DNA of 64,000 nt from Bacteroidales bacterium (GCA_007132715.1 SLOE01000084.1:6329-70328), one strand, 5' to 3'. Shown: positions 32,866-43,565, counted from the first letter of the stretch. A program made the numbers and translations. Notes: generated by a model from the letters alone, not told the origin.

Positions 32866-33516
32866 ATGGAAGACAAGAATAATCAGACGGGCCGGAACCT
32901 GGTCGACGACTACAACACGAGCAGGGAAAAGATGGCTATTCCCGAATACGGCAGGAATATCCATAATATGATAAAGCATATCGGGACAATAGAGGACCGT
33001 GAAGAACGCAACAAGGCGGCACGAACCATCATTTCCATAATGGGGAACATGAACCCGCATTTGAGAGACATCAATGATTTCAAGCACAAGCTGTGGGACC
33101 ATCTGGCCATAATGTCAGAATTCAGGCTTGATATTGATTATCCATATGAACCGCCCCGTCCCTCAATCCTGACTGAAAAGCCCAAACCGGTTCCTTATCA
33201 TACCTATCCTATCAGGTACAAACATTACGGCAGGCTGCTGGAGCAGATGATCAAGGCTGCAACAGAGATGGAAGAGGGAGAGAAGAAAGAGGCACTTGTG
33301 CACCTGATTGCCAATCATATGAAGAAATGCTACCTGACATGGAACAGGAGCCAGGTTACCGATGAGATAATATACAATGATCTCAGGGAGCTTAGCGGGG
33401 GACTCATTGAAAGGGGATCTGAGATTAGACTGTCCGAGTCCAGGGAAATATTGTCCCGCGCCAGGAAGAAAAAGACACAGCGAAAATACAATCCCAGGCA
33501 ACAGCAAAAGCAATAG
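32866..33516 (+). CDS. DUF4290 family protein
   Basis: YNTSR..M.IPEYGR, HKLWDHL.IMS.F.LDIDYPY, IANHMKK.YL.WN; usual Bacteroidota position upstream of murA. Confidence 0.8.
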   Translation: MEDKNNQTGRNLVDDYNTSREKMAIPEYGRNIHNMIKHIGTIEDREERNKAARTIISIMGNMNPHLRDINDFKHKLWDHLAIMSEFRLDIDYPYEPPRPSILTEKPKPVPYHTYPIRYKHYGRLLEQMIKAATEMEEGEKKEALVHLIANHMKKCYLTWNRSQVTDEIIYNDLRELSGGLIERGSEIRLSESREILSRARKKKTQRKYNPRQQQKQ

Positions 33517-33612
33517 TATCAGGGTTTTTTGAAAGATCCCTGAAGCCAGCCCTAAAAATCCGGCAGAACGGGGACAGGGTTTCCTTTTGCCTGTTTAAAA
33601 ATCTGTCATGTT

Positions 33613-34920
33613 ATGGCATCTTTTGAGATCAGGGGCGGGTATCCCCTAAAAGGAGAACTGACTGCCCAGGGTGCAAAGAACGAAGCGCTTCAGATCATCT
33701 CTGCAACACTTCTTACATGCGAGAAGGTCACCATCGGCAACGTTCCCGAAATCCTTGATGTGATCAGGCTTATTGAGCTTATCGAAAAGCTTGGCGTAGA
33801 GGTCGCAAAAACCGGTGAAGGCCGCTACGAATTCAGAGCGTGCAATTTAAACCCCGAGTACCTTCTTTCTGACGATTTCAGGGCAAGGGCTGCCAACCTC
33901 CGCGGATCGGTCATGATAATTGGCCCGCTACTGGCAAGGTTCGGCAAGGCATATATGCCCAAGCCGGGAGGCGACAAGATAGGGCGCAGGAGACTTGACA
34001 CCCACTTTACGGGCTTCATTAAACTTGGTGCCAGATTTGAATATGATGTAAGGCAGGATTTTTACCGGGTTGAGGGAAAAGATCTGAAAGGATGCTATAT
34101 GCTTCTTGATGAGGCATCGGTAACCGGAACAGCGAATATTGTGATGGCGGCGGTTCTTGCAAAGGGAACCACTACGATATATAATGCCGCATGTGAACCT
34201 TACCTTCAGCAACTATGCAAAATGCTGAACCGTATGGGCGCAAGGATTTCGGGTGTGGGATCAAACCTTCTTACAATTGAGGGAGTTGAGAGCCTTGGCG
34301 GCACAGAACACATGGTTCTGCCCGATATGATAGAGATAGGCTCCTTCATCGGCATGGCAGCAATGACCGAATCGGAAATTACCATAAAAAATGTATCCTA
34401 CGACAACCTGGGTATAATACCCGATGCCTTCAGCAGACTTGGTATAAAGCTTGAAAGACGAGGTGATGATATATTCATTCCTTCACAGTCCCACTATGAG
34501 ATTGAGACATATATAGACGGTTCAATAATGATAATCGCCGACGCCATATGGCCGGGACTCACACCAGACCTGCTCAGTGTCTTCCTGGTGGTGGCCACCC
34601 AGGCAAAAGGGAGTGTACTGATACATCAGAAAATGTTTGAAAGCCGTCTCTTCTTTGTTGACAAGCTGATGGATATGGGAGCCCAGATTATACTCTGTGA
34701 CCCCCACCGCGCAACGGTAATTGGCCTCAACAAACAGTTCAGGCTCCGGGGGACAAACATGGTCTCGCCCGATATAAGGGCCGGTGTGGCCCTGCTCATA
34801 GCGGCCATGTCGGCCGAGGGCACAAGTGTCATCAATAATATCGACCAGATCGACAGGGGATACCAGAGAATTGATGAAAGGCTCAATGCCATAGGTGCCA
34901 GAATTAAAAGGATCGCGTAA
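33613..34920 (+). CDS. murA: UDP-N-acetylglucosamine 1-carboxyvinyltransferase (Asp variant)
   Basis: GAKNEAL, PGGDKIGRR, SVTGTAN, NAACEP, PDIRAG, IDRGY. Confidence 0.97.
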   Translation: MASFEIRGGYPLKGELTAQGAKNEALQIISATLLTCEKVTIGNVPEILDVIRLIELIEKLGVEVAKTGEGRYEFRACNLNPEYLLSDDFRARAANLRGSVMIIGPLLARFGKAYMPKPGGDKIGRRRLDTHFTGFIKLGARFEYDVRQDFYRVEGKDLKGCYMLLDEASVTGTANIVMAAVLAKGTTTIYNAACEPYLQQLCKMLNRMGARISGVGSNLLTIEGVESLGGTEHMVLPDMIEIGSFIGMAAMTESEITIKNVSYDNLGIIPDAFSRLGIKLERRGDDIFIPSQSHYEIETYIDGSIMIIADAIWPGLTPDLLSVFLVVATQAKGSVLIHQKMFESRLFFVDKLMDMGAQIILCDPHRATVIGLNKQFRLRGTNMVSPDIRAGVALLIAAMSAEGTSVINNIDQIDRGYQRIDERLNAIGARIKRIA

Positions 34921-34986
34921 ACATCTCCCGCGGTTTATTGTTATTCATCATCAGAGAGCAGTCCAGATAATTAAACTGATCAGAAA

Positions 34987-35592
34987 ATGCGCATTATAAA
35001 ATTTGCTGCGCTCGCAGCACTGGTTATAATACTTGCTTTGTGGCTAACAGACAGGAACAACGGAATTACAGGCACTTCACCTGAAAATGCCGTGAGTGTT
35101 CAGCCTACCGGCAACACGGGAAACAGGATAGGCGACACCGCCCCCGACATAGAGCTGCTAACTCCAAACGGAGAAACTGTTGCACTTTCCTCACTGAGGG
35201 GCAACGTGGTGATGCTCGATTTCTGGGCATCGTGGTGCGGACCCTGCCGCAGGAGTAATCCTGCAAAGGTCGAGGCCTGGCACCAATTCAGGGACAAGGA
35301 GTTCGTCAACGGCAGCGGCTTCAGGCTGTTCTCCGTTTCGCTCGACACCAACAGGGAGGCCTGGATCAAAGGTATTGAAAATGATGATCTCGGGTGGAAG
35401 CACCATGTCAGCGATCTTCAGGGATGGAGCTCCGAAACTGCTGCACTGTACCAGGTAAGGGGCATACCGGCAAGCTGGCTGATAGACGGCAATGGAATGA
35501 TAGTTGCCAGGAACCTGAGAGGCGACGATATTGCAGAGACACTGACCGGACTGCTTGCCGAGCAGGATGCCGGAACCCTTTACAATTTATAA
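34987..35592 (+). CDS. TlpA/ResA-like membrane-anchored thioredoxin-fold protein
   Basis: N-terminal TM segment, APDIEL, LDFWASWCGPC, GIP...LID. Confidence 0.88.
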   Translation: MRIIKFAALAALVIILALWLTDRNNGITGTSPENAVSVQPTGNTGNRIGDTAPDIELLTPNGETVALSSLRGNVVMLDFWASWCGPCRRSNPAKVEAWHQFRDKEFVNGSGFRLFSVSLDTNREAWIKGIENDDLGWKHHVSDLQGWSSETAALYQVRGIPASWLIDGNGMIVARNLRGDDIAETLTGLLAEQDAGTLYNL

Positions 35593-35680
35593 ATGATGTG
35601 CTGACCGGCGCCGGTAAACATTGACCGGGACCCGTCACAGGATCTCTACGCCCTATGCCAAAATGTCGGTTGCGGAGATA

Positions 35681-35696
35681 TGGCCCGGTATTTGCT
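35681..35696 (+). promoter_or_regulatory. Sigma54 (-24/-12) promoter upstream of grpE-dnaJ
   Basis: TGGCCCGGTATTTGCT, exact GG-N10-GC spacing, 44 nt before the grpE ATG. Confidence 0.6.
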
Positions 35697-35739
35697 TGGC
35701 AGTAGGTTCCTTTATAACAATAAAAAACGTGTAAGAAAT

Positions 35740-36324
35740 ATGGTAAAGAAAAAGACCTCCGGGAAGAAGCAGAAGGAAGGTGTTAAGACCGGTAAGGGGA
35801 AAGCTGCCAACAAGGAGAACGATTTTGTGAGACCCGGTGATAACGGCAATACCGGCGAAGCGGTTACTGAAGATACTGCTGCGGCCGGACTTGAAGAGAA
35901 GCTCAGGGAGACTGAGAACAAGTACCTGAGGCTGGCAGCGGAATTTGATAATTACCGGAAACGGACACTTAAGGAAAAGGCTGATCTTGTGCGTCTTGCA
36001 GGAGAGGAGATCTTAACGGAACTGCTACCCGTGATGGACGACTTTGACCGTGCATTGCAGAACCTTGACGGTACGAATGAGATCGAAGCCATAAGGAAGG
36101 GTGTGGAAATTATTCATACCAAGCTGACGGACTATCTCAGAAGAAAAGGAGTGAAAGAGATCGAGGCCATGGGAGATGAGTTCAGCACCGATATGCATGA
36201 GGCGGTGACAAAAATCCCGGTTGACGAAAAAAACAAAAAGGGCAAAATTGTTGATGTGATAGAGAAAGGGTATATGCTTCATGATAAGGTGATCAGGTAC
36301 GCCAAAGTTGTTGTGGGCGAATAG
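35740..36324 (+). CDS. grpE: Nucleotide exchange factor GrpE
   Basis: YLRLAAEFDNYRKR, LLPVMDDFDRA, HEAV, GYMLHDKVIRYAKVVV; start set at MVKKK. Confidence 0.96.
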   Translation: MVKKKTSGKKQKEGVKTGKGKAANKENDFVRPGDNGNTGEAVTEDTAAAGLEEKLRETENKYLRLAAEFDNYRKRTLKEKADLVRLAGEEILTELLPVMDDFDRALQNLDGTNEIEAIRKGVEIIHTKLTDYLRRKGVKEIEAMGDEFSTDMHEAVTKIPVDEKNKKGKIVDVIEKGYMLHDKVIRYAKVVVGE

Positions 36325-36360
36325 CCTTTTATAATCAAGGTCTTAAATTCAGGCAGATCA

Positions 36361-37506
36361 ATGGCAAAAAGAGATTATTACGAAATACTCGATGTTAAAC
36401 GTAATGCCACCCAGGCAGAAATAAAGTCGGCATACCGGAAAAAGGCGCTGCAGTATCACCCCGACAAAAACCCTGGCGACCCCACCGCCGAGGAAAAGTT
36501 CAAGGAGGCTGCCGAGGCTTACGAGGTTCTTGGCAACGAACAGAAGAGGGCAAGGTACGATCAGTACGGACATGCCGGAGTTCAGGGAGACGCAGGCGGC
36601 TTTGGCGGGGGCGGCATGACCGTGGAGGATATATTCAGCCATTTCGGCGATATCTTTGGCGGCAGTTTCGGTGGTTTCAGCGGATTTAGCAGTGGCAGGA
36701 GAACCCGCAGGGTCAATAAGGGCTCAAACCTGAGGGTTAAAGTAAAACTCAGCCTGAAAGATATTGCCGCCGGTGTGGAGAAGAAGATAAAGGTAACCAA
36801 ATATGTGGCATGCAAAGTATGTGACGGCACCGGGGCTCAGAACGGAACCGCTTTCAGTGAATGCCCGACATGTCATGGTGCCGGACAGGTTACCAGGATT
36901 TCCAATACATTTCTCGGACAGATGCAGTCCACCACAACCTGTCCCTCCTGCGGCGGCGAAGGCAAGAGTATCACAAGCAAGTGTGCGTCATGTTACGGAG
37001 AGGGTATCATAAAAGAAACTGAAGTGGTAAAACTCAATATTCCTGCCGGTGTTGCAGAAGGCATGCAGATGTCGGTCAGCGGCAAGGGTAACGCGGCCCG
37101 GAGGGGGGGCGTCAACGGCGACCTCCTGGTGGTCATTGAGGAGGACAAGCATCCTGAGCTTATAAGAGACGGTAACGACCTTATATATTATCTTTACCTG
37201 AGCTTCCCTGAAGCGGCCCTGGGAGTACCTGTCGAGATACCCACTGTAGACGGTAAAGTGAAGATAAAAATTGAACCGGGGACTCAACCGGGCAAGATAC
37301 TGAGGCTGCGGGGTAAGGGACTGCCTGATATTAACGGCTACGGCAAGGGTGACCTGCTTGTCAACATAAACGTATGGGTGCCCAAAAATCTGTCAGGTGA
37401 AGAGCAGCAGGCAATCGGGAAATTGAGAGACTCAAGCAATTTTACACCTGATCCCAGCAGGGAAGATAAAAACTTTTTCGAGAGGATGAAGAGTTATTTT
37501 GAATAA
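36361..37506 (+). CDS. dnaJ: Chaperone DnaJ
   Basis: J-domain HPD, G/F region, four CxxCxGxG repeats. Confidence 0.99.
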   Translation: MAKRDYYEILDVKRNATQAEIKSAYRKKALQYHPDKNPGDPTAEEKFKEAAEAYEVLGNEQKRARYDQYGHAGVQGDAGGFGGGGMTVEDIFSHFGDIFGGSFGGFSGFSSGRRTRRVNKGSNLRVKVKLSLKDIAAGVEKKIKVTKYVACKVCDGTGAQNGTAFSECPTCHGAGQVTRISNTFLGQMQSTTTCPSCGGEGKSITSKCASCYGEGIIKETEVVKLNIPAGVAEGMQMSVSGKGNAARRGGVNGDLLVVIEEDKHPELIRDGNDLIYYLYLSFPEAALGVPVEIPTVDGKVKIKIEPGTQPGKILRLRGKGLPDINGYGKGDLLVNINVWVPKNLSGEEQQAIGKLRDSSNFTPDPSREDKNFFERMKSYFE

Positions 37507-37604
37507 GGATACTATATTTATAGTCCGGTTGAATTTTGCATTCATCTTCATCCGGCGCAGGACTCAGTACTGTAGCCTTTTTAACGTTTTAGCCAGGTAA
37601 AATC

Positions 37605-38534
37605 ATGGAATTATTCTCTGCCAGGGAGGTATCGAAAAGCTTCGTAAATCACCGTGCTCTCGATAATGTAAGCATGTCGGTACCTGAAAAGAGTATTTAC
37701 GGTCTGCTGGGGCCCAATGGTGCCGGTAAAACAACCCTTATACGAATAATCAACCAGATCACTGCGCCCGATACGGGAGAGATCAGGCTGAACGGGCGCA
37801 ACCTTAAGCCTGACGATATTTACCGCATCGGATACATGCCTGAGGAGAGGGGACTTTACAAAAAGATGAAGGTCGGAGAGCAGGCACTGTATTTCGCCAG
37901 GCTCAAGGGACTGGATAAAAAAACCGCCATGAAACGGCTCAGGCACTGGTTTGAAAAGTTTGAAATCCAGAGCTGGTGGAATAAAAAAGTTGAGGAACTT
38001 TCCAAGGGTATGCAGCAGAAAGTACAGTTCATCATCACCATCCTCCATGAACCGGAGCTGCTTATATTTGATGAGCCATTCAGCGGTTTTGACCCAATAA
38101 ATACCAACCTGCTCAAGAATGAAATAACCGGGATAAGGGACCGGGGCGCCACGATAATTTTCTCAACACATAACATGGGCTCTGTTGAGGAGCTGTGCGA
38201 CCACATCACCCTTATCAACAATTCAAAGTCAGTCATCGAAGGACCCGTTAACGGTATCAGGGATCAGTTCAAACTTGATATCTACAGGATAGGATTTGAA
38301 GGTGATGCTCAAAAGCTTTACGATGTTCTCAGTCCCGCCTACGAGGTGCTGGAACTTACCGGGGGCCGGGCCGGGCACCACGCAAGGATCAAGGTACACA
38401 GCAAAAGCACTGAGAATGTGCTTCTGAAACTGTTAATGCCCCATTTTCACATTACCTCATTCACTGAGGAGATCCCATCGATGAACGATATTTTCATAGA
38501 TCTGGTCCAGCAGAAAACCAAGGTAAACAACTAA
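37605..38534 (+). CDS. ABC-2 type exporter ATP-binding protein (NatA-like)
   Basis: GPNGAGKTT, PEERGLY, LSKGMQQ, FDEPFSG. Confidence 0.92.
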   Translation: MELFSAREVSKSFVNHRALDNVSMSVPEKSIYGLLGPNGAGKTTLIRIINQITAPDTGEIRLNGRNLKPDDIYRIGYMPEERGLYKKMKVGEQALYFARLKGLDKKTAMKRLRHWFEKFEIQSWWNKKVEELSKGMQQKVQFIITILHEPELLIFDEPFSGFDPINTNLLKNEITGIRDRGATIIFSTHNMGSVEELCDHITLINNSKSVIEGPVNGIRDQFKLDIYRIGFEGDAQKLYDVLSPAYEVLELTGGRAGHHARIKVHSKSTENVLLKLLMPHFHITSFTEEIPSMNDIFIDLVQQKTKVNN

Positions 38535-38545
38535 ACCCTCCTGAG

Positions 38546-39895
38546 ATGACAGCCAAAACTTCAATTGTGATTGCAAGGGAGTACCTGACCAGGGTCAGAA
38601 AAAAGTCATTCATTATCATGACCATAATCGGGCCCATCCTGTTTGCCGCGGTAATAATAGGTCCGGCCTGGTTTGCAACTCTGGAGGACAGGGAGGTCAG
38701 GGTTGTTGCAGTTATCGACAGCTCAAAGCTCTTTATCGGTCATCTGCCGGAAACCGATTACCTCAGATTCGAATACCTTGAAAACACAACCGTCGAAGAA
38801 CTGCGTGAAAATTTCGACGACACAGATTATTATGCTGTTCTGTATATAGCACATATAATTGCCTCCACCCCTTCGGCTGTACAGCTTATGTCCGACCGCC
38901 AGCCAGGCATGAATATAAGAATGCATATCGCAAATGCACTGGAAAAAGAGCTTGAAAGGCAAAAGCTTGCAGCATATGATATTGAAGATATCGACAGGAT
39001 ACTGGAGTCGGTCAGGACCCGGGTCAGTATCCGAACCATCATCTGGCAGGACGACGGTGGTGAGAAAGAGAGTTTTTCAGAACTGGCCATGATAGTCGGG
39101 TATGTCGGCGGTTTCCTTATCTACTTTTTTATCTTCCTTTTTGGCGCCCAGGTAATGAGGGGTGTCATTGAGGAGAAATCCAGCCGGGTGGTTGAGATCA
39201 TTGTGTCTTCGATAAGGCCTTTTCAGCTTATGCTGGGTAAGATCGTGGGAATCGGTCTTGTGGGGCTGACCCAGTTCCTGCTTTGGGTAGTTCTCAGCTT
39301 TGTGCTGGTAGTAGTGTCACAGCAGCTTTTCTTTCCCGACATTGGCACCCCTTCATCAGAAACCGTGGTGGCTGAGGAACTTTTTACTTCAGGCACTCTG
39401 CAGCAATCACATCCGGTTGCAGATGATTCTCATGACAGGTTCGGCGAAATGTTCGCATCAATTTCGTCGATCAACTTTGGTGTCATGCTGCTTTCATTCC
39501 TGTTCTACTTCCTGGGAGGTTACCTTCTGTATGCTTCGCTCTTTGCTGCAATAGGATCGGCGGTTGACAACGAAACCGACACCCAGCAGTTCATGCTGCC
39601 GATAACAATTCCCCTGATCATCTCCATCATTGTGATGATGAATGCCATAATGAACCCGTACGGGCCGATCGCATTCTGGTTCTCTTTAATCCCCTTCACA
39701 TCGCCAATAATAATGATGGCAAGGATACCCTTTGGCGTGCCGTTTTGGGAGGTGGCTCTGTCGGCCGGCCTCCTTGTTGCCACTTTTATTTTTACCACCT
39801 GGCTGGCAGGGAAGATATACCGCACCGGCATCCTTATGTACGGCAAAAAAGTCAATTACAGGGAGCTGTGGAAATGGATCAGGTACACCGGCTGA
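38546..39895 (+). CDS. ABC-2 type exporter permease (NatB-like)
   Basis: REYLTRVRKKSF, EEKSSRVVE, LMLGKIVG, IYRTGILMYG. Confidence 0.9.
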   Translation: MTAKTSIVIAREYLTRVRKKSFIIMTIIGPILFAAVIIGPAWFATLEDREVRVVAVIDSSKLFIGHLPETDYLRFEYLENTTVEELRENFDDTDYYAVLYIAHIIASTPSAVQLMSDRQPGMNIRMHIANALEKELERQKLAAYDIEDIDRILESVRTRVSIRTIIWQDDGGEKESFSELAMIVGYVGGFLIYFFIFLFGAQVMRGVIEEKSSRVVEIIVSSIRPFQLMLGKIVGIGLVGLTQFLLWVVLSFVLVVVSQQLFFPDIGTPSSETVVAEELFTSGTLQQSHPVADDSHDRFGEMFASISSINFGVMLLSFLFYFLGGYLLYASLFAAIGSAVDNETDTQQFMLPITIPLIISIIVMMNAIMNPYGPIAFWFSLIPFTSPIIMMARIPFGVPFWEVALSAGLLVATFIFTTWLAGKIYRTGILMYGKKVNYRELWKWIRYTG

Positions 39896-39913
39896 TCACT
39901 TTAACTATTATAA

Positions 39914-40852
39914 ATGATTTACGCAATACTCGACCTTGGCACAAATACTTTCAATCTGCTGATCATACAGACAGGAGGGAACAAAACCAGGAAGATCCTG
40001 CTCAGCCGTAAGGAGCCTGTCAAACTTGGTGAAACCGGAATAACAAAAGGCATAATCAGCAAAAAGGCTTTTGACAGGGGCCTGAATGCCATAGAGAGGC
40101 ATATGAAGCATATTCAGGACTATCAGGCTGATCACATCTATGCATATGCAACGTCGGCAATCCGCTCGGCCGGTAACGGACTTGAGTTTGTGCGTTTAGT
40201 GTACGAAAGGTTCAATATAGGGATACAGGTGATATCGGGCGACAAAGAGGCCGAACTTATCTACCGGGGTGTCCGGCAGGCCGTTAATATGGGCGATACT
40301 AAACACCTTGTACTCGATATTGGCGGCGGGAGCAATGAACTGATCATAGCAGACAGCAAGAATATCTACTGGAAACAAAGCTTCCCCTTGGGAATGGCAA
40401 GGCTGCTGGAACAGTTCAGACCATCCGACCCGGTAACGGAGGAAGAGATAAGAATATTTGAGAACCACTTCGAAAATTCACTGGAAAATTTTCTTGAAGC
40501 CGCCCGGGAACACAAACCTGAAATACTCATAGGCTCATCAGGAAGTTTCGACACCTTCAGAGCGCTCCTGGTACCAGACGCTCAGACCCCGCCCGGAACC
40601 GACTCTCCTGCTTTCATCATCGATCCGGAAGATTTCCAGAAGCTGCACAGGCGTCTGCTGGAATCCAATTCCGCCGAAAGGCTGGAGATGGAAGGAATGG
40701 ACCCCATGAGAGTTGAAATGATTGTTATTGCCGCCATTTTTGTTAATTTTATCGTCAGCCGCCTGGGTATACGGACAATGATCCAGTCAGATTACTCCCT
40801 CAAGGAAGGGGCAGTATCGGAAATCATCGAAAGAAAGATACTGTCTGCATAG
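39914..40852 (+). CDS. ppx: Ppx/GppA family exopolyphosphatase
   Basis: DLGTNTFNL, ATSAIRSA.NG, EAELIY.GV, DIGGGS.E, LKEG. Confidence 0.9.
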   Translation: MIYAILDLGTNTFNLLIIQTGGNKTRKILLSRKEPVKLGETGITKGIISKKAFDRGLNAIERHMKHIQDYQADHIYAYATSAIRSAGNGLEFVRLVYERFNIGIQVISGDKEAELIYRGVRQAVNMGDTKHLVLDIGGGSNELIIADSKNIYWKQSFPLGMARLLEQFRPSDPVTEEEIRIFENHFENSLENFLEAAREHKPEILIGSSGSFDTFRALLVPDAQTPPGTDSPAFIIDPEDFQKLHRRLLESNSAERLEMEGMDPMRVEMIVIAAIFVNFIVSRLGIRTMIQSDYSLKEGAVSEIIERKILSA

Positions 40853-40893
40853 AAGCTATCCGGCACCCCGGCCAATTACAATACCGGTATACT

Positions 40894-42060
40894 ATGGCAA
40901 ACATCCTTGTTATTGATGACGAAAAAAGCATCAGGAACTCCCTGAAGGAGGTGCTGGAATACGAAAAGCACAATATTGACCTTTCGGCCGACGGTGAGGA
41001 GGGGCTGGAACTTTTCAGAAAGAACAAATATGATGTTGTACTTCTCGACATCAAAATGCCGGGTATTGACGGAATTGAAGTGCTGGACAAGATCATGGAA
41101 GAGGCCTCCGATATCCCGGTAATAATGATTTCCGGCCACGGCAATATCGATACTGCGGTAGAAGCTATCAAGAAGGGCGCCTATGATTTTATTGAAAAAC
41201 CGCTTGACCTTAACAGGCTGCTGATAACCATAAGGAATGCGCTTGACAAATCAGATCTGATTACAGAGACCCGGGCACTTAAAAGAAAAGTGAGCAAGAC
41301 CTGCGATATGGTGGGAGAATCCCCACCTATGCGTAAGGTAAAAGAGATGATCGACCGGGTTGCCCCCACCGACGCCAGGGTCTTGATAACCGGCAGAAAC
41401 GGAACTGGCAAAGAGTTGGTAGCCAGGTGGCTGCACGAAAAGAGCCATCGGGCATCGCAACCCTTTGTTGAGGTCAACTGTGCAGCAATCCCCTCCGAAC
41501 TGATCGAGAGCGAGCTGTTCGGGCATGAAAAAGGCGCCTTCACCTCCGCCCACAAGGAGAGAAAGGGCAAGTTCGAACAGGCCAACAAGGGCACCATCTT
41601 CCTCGACGAGATAGGCGACATGAGCCTTGCGGCACAGGCAAAGGTACTCAGGGTACTCCAGGAAAACCGCCTCTCTCCTGTAGGCAGTGACAAGGATATA
41701 AAGGTCGATGTCAGGGTGATAGCAGCCACTAACAAGAACATGAAAGAGGAGATAGCGGCAAACCGTTTCAGGGAGGACCTCTACCACAGGCTGAGCGTAA
41801 TTTTGATAAACGTACCCACACTGAACGAGCGTACCGAAGACATACCGTTGCTGGCTGAGCATTTCAACGAACAGATTTGCAGCGAATACGGCATGCAGAC
41901 AAAGGTGATAACCGAAGAGGCCGTTGCCGAGTTGCAGAAGATAACATGGACCGGCAACATAAGAGAATTCAGGAATGTGCTTGAGAGACTTATTATATTG
42001 TGCGACAAAGCGATAACAGCAGAAGATGTAGCAGCTTACTCCCAGCCCATCTCCAGGTAG
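40894..42060 (+). CDS. Sigma54-dependent response regulator (receiver + AAA+, no C-terminal HTH)
   Basis: IDDE, LDIKMP receiver; GRNGTGKE, ESELFGHEKGAFTSA, FLDEIGD, FREDLYHRL, WTGNIRE; ends right after the AAA+ lid. Confidence 0.92.
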   Translation: MANILVIDDEKSIRNSLKEVLEYEKHNIDLSADGEEGLELFRKNKYDVVLLDIKMPGIDGIEVLDKIMEEASDIPVIMISGHGNIDTAVEAIKKGAYDFIEKPLDLNRLLITIRNALDKSDLITETRALKRKVSKTCDMVGESPPMRKVKEMIDRVAPTDARVLITGRNGTGKELVARWLHEKSHRASQPFVEVNCAAIPSELIESELFGHEKGAFTSAHKERKGKFEQANKGTIFLDEIGDMSLAAQAKVLRVLQENRLSPVGSDKDIKVDVRVIAATNKNMKEEIAANRFREDLYHRLSVILINVPTLNERTEDIPLLAEHFNEQICSEYGMQTKVITEEAVAELQKITWTGNIREFRNVLERLIILCDKAITAEDVAAYSQPISR

Positions 42061-42100
42061 GCCGGCAGGCGGCGATCCGGTTACCGGAAAAACAGACTAT

Positions 42101-43543
42101 ATGAGAACCGAAAAGGATTTTCTCGGCGAAAAAGAGCTGCCCCAGGATGCCCTTTACGGCATTCACTCTGCAAGGGCGGTTGAGAACTTCCCCTGCGAGA
42201 TGCCATTCCATACCGAATGGTACCGTGCAATGGGACTTACCAAGCTTGCATGTTACCGTACATGCCGTTCCTTCATCAGGGCCGCCACCGGAAAATACGG
42301 CAGGATACCCGGAGCCGTCGCCGCAGTGAGCGAAGAAATTCTTGACAACCTTGAGGCATCCGCGACCGAAGTGGCGGCCGGCAAACATTCCGGCCATTTC
42401 ATCGTACCTGCCATACAGGGAGGCGCTGGCACCAGCATAAACATGAATGTCAACGAGATCATCGCCAATGCCGCACTTGTCAGGATGGGCTCCCTTCCGG
42501 GGAATTACACGCTGATCGACCCCATCGAACACGCCAACATTTACCAGAGCACCAACGATGTGGTACCTACTGCACTCAGGGTTGCTGTAATGAAGCTGCT
42601 CCTGGAGCTCGAAGAGCGTATAAACGGACTGCGGGCATCGGTCGAAAAAGCCGAAACCCTTCACCGGGGAAGTATCCGTATTGCCTACACGCAGATGCAG
42701 GCAGCGGTACCGTCTTCATGGGGAATGCTGCTGGGGGCATATAATGAGGCTTTATCGAGGGACTGGTGGAGGGTGTCGAAATGCATCGAGAGGATAAAAA
42801 CCGTTAACCTGGGAGGCAGTGCAGCAGGTACGGGGATTGCCGTGCCCAGGTACTTCATCATGGAAGTGGTGCCCGAACTGCAGAGGCTTACCGGACTGCC
42901 CGTTGCCCGGAGCGAGAACATGCCCGATGCCACATCAAACCACGACAGCCTTGTCGAGGTGCATGCCATCATCAAGTCCTGCGCAGTCAATTTCGAAAAG
43001 ATGGTCGCCGACCTTCGCCTTCTTGCATCCGACGTTGCAGGCAGCGGCGAGGTTACCCTGCCAGACCTGCAGGCCGGAAGCTCGGTAATGCCCGGTAAGG
43101 TTAACCCCGTCATTCCCGAATTTGTGATAAGCGCCTCCCGCAAGGTATATGCCAATGACCAGCTAATCACCTCGCTTGCCGCTTCCGGATGCCTTGACCT
43201 TAACGCATATATACCCCTGATTGGGCATGCTCTGATCGAAAGTCTTAAACTGCTTATCGCAGCAGCAGAATCAATGACCGGCAAGCTTTTTGGAAAGCTG
43301 GCCATAGACGGGCGGGTGTCCGAAGCCAGGCTTCTCGCCAGCCCATCGGTAACCACCGCCCTTGTGCCTTTCATAGGCTATAACAGCGCCGGACGGCTTG
43401 CGGCACTCATGAAGGAGAAGGGTATTGACATTTACGCGGCAAACGACGAACTTCAGCTGATCGACCGGGAACGGCTGGCAGGGATACTGAAACCTTCAAA
43501 TCTCCTCAAAACAGGATTCTCGCTCGACGACCTGACCGGCTGA
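42101..43543 (+). CDS. aspA: Aspartate ammonia-lyase-like enzyme (fumarase/aspartase superfamily)
   Basis: RTEKDFLGE, QGGAGTS.NMNVNE, QSTNDVVPTA, signature GSSVMPGKVNPV.PE. Confidence 0.78.
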   Translation: MRTEKDFLGEKELPQDALYGIHSARAVENFPCEMPFHTEWYRAMGLTKLACYRTCRSFIRAATGKYGRIPGAVAAVSEEILDNLEASATEVAAGKHSGHFIVPAIQGGAGTSINMNVNEIIANAALVRMGSLPGNYTLIDPIEHANIYQSTNDVVPTALRVAVMKLLLELEERINGLRASVEKAETLHRGSIRIAYTQMQAAVPSSWGMLLGAYNEALSRDWWRVSKCIERIKTVNLGGSAAGTGIAVPRYFIMEVVPELQRLTGLPVARSENMPDATSNHDSLVEVHAIIKSCAVNFEKMVADLRLLASDVAGSGEVTLPDLQAGSSVMPGKVNPVIPEFVISASRKVYANDQLITSLAASGCLDLNAYIPLIGHALIESLKLLIAAAESMTGKLFGKLAIDGRVSEARLLASPSVTTALVPFIGYNSAGRLAALMKEKGIDIYAANDELQLIDRERLAGILKPSNLLKTGFSLDDLTG

Positions 43544-43565
43544 CCTTGCCGTGGCGTAAAGCCGG

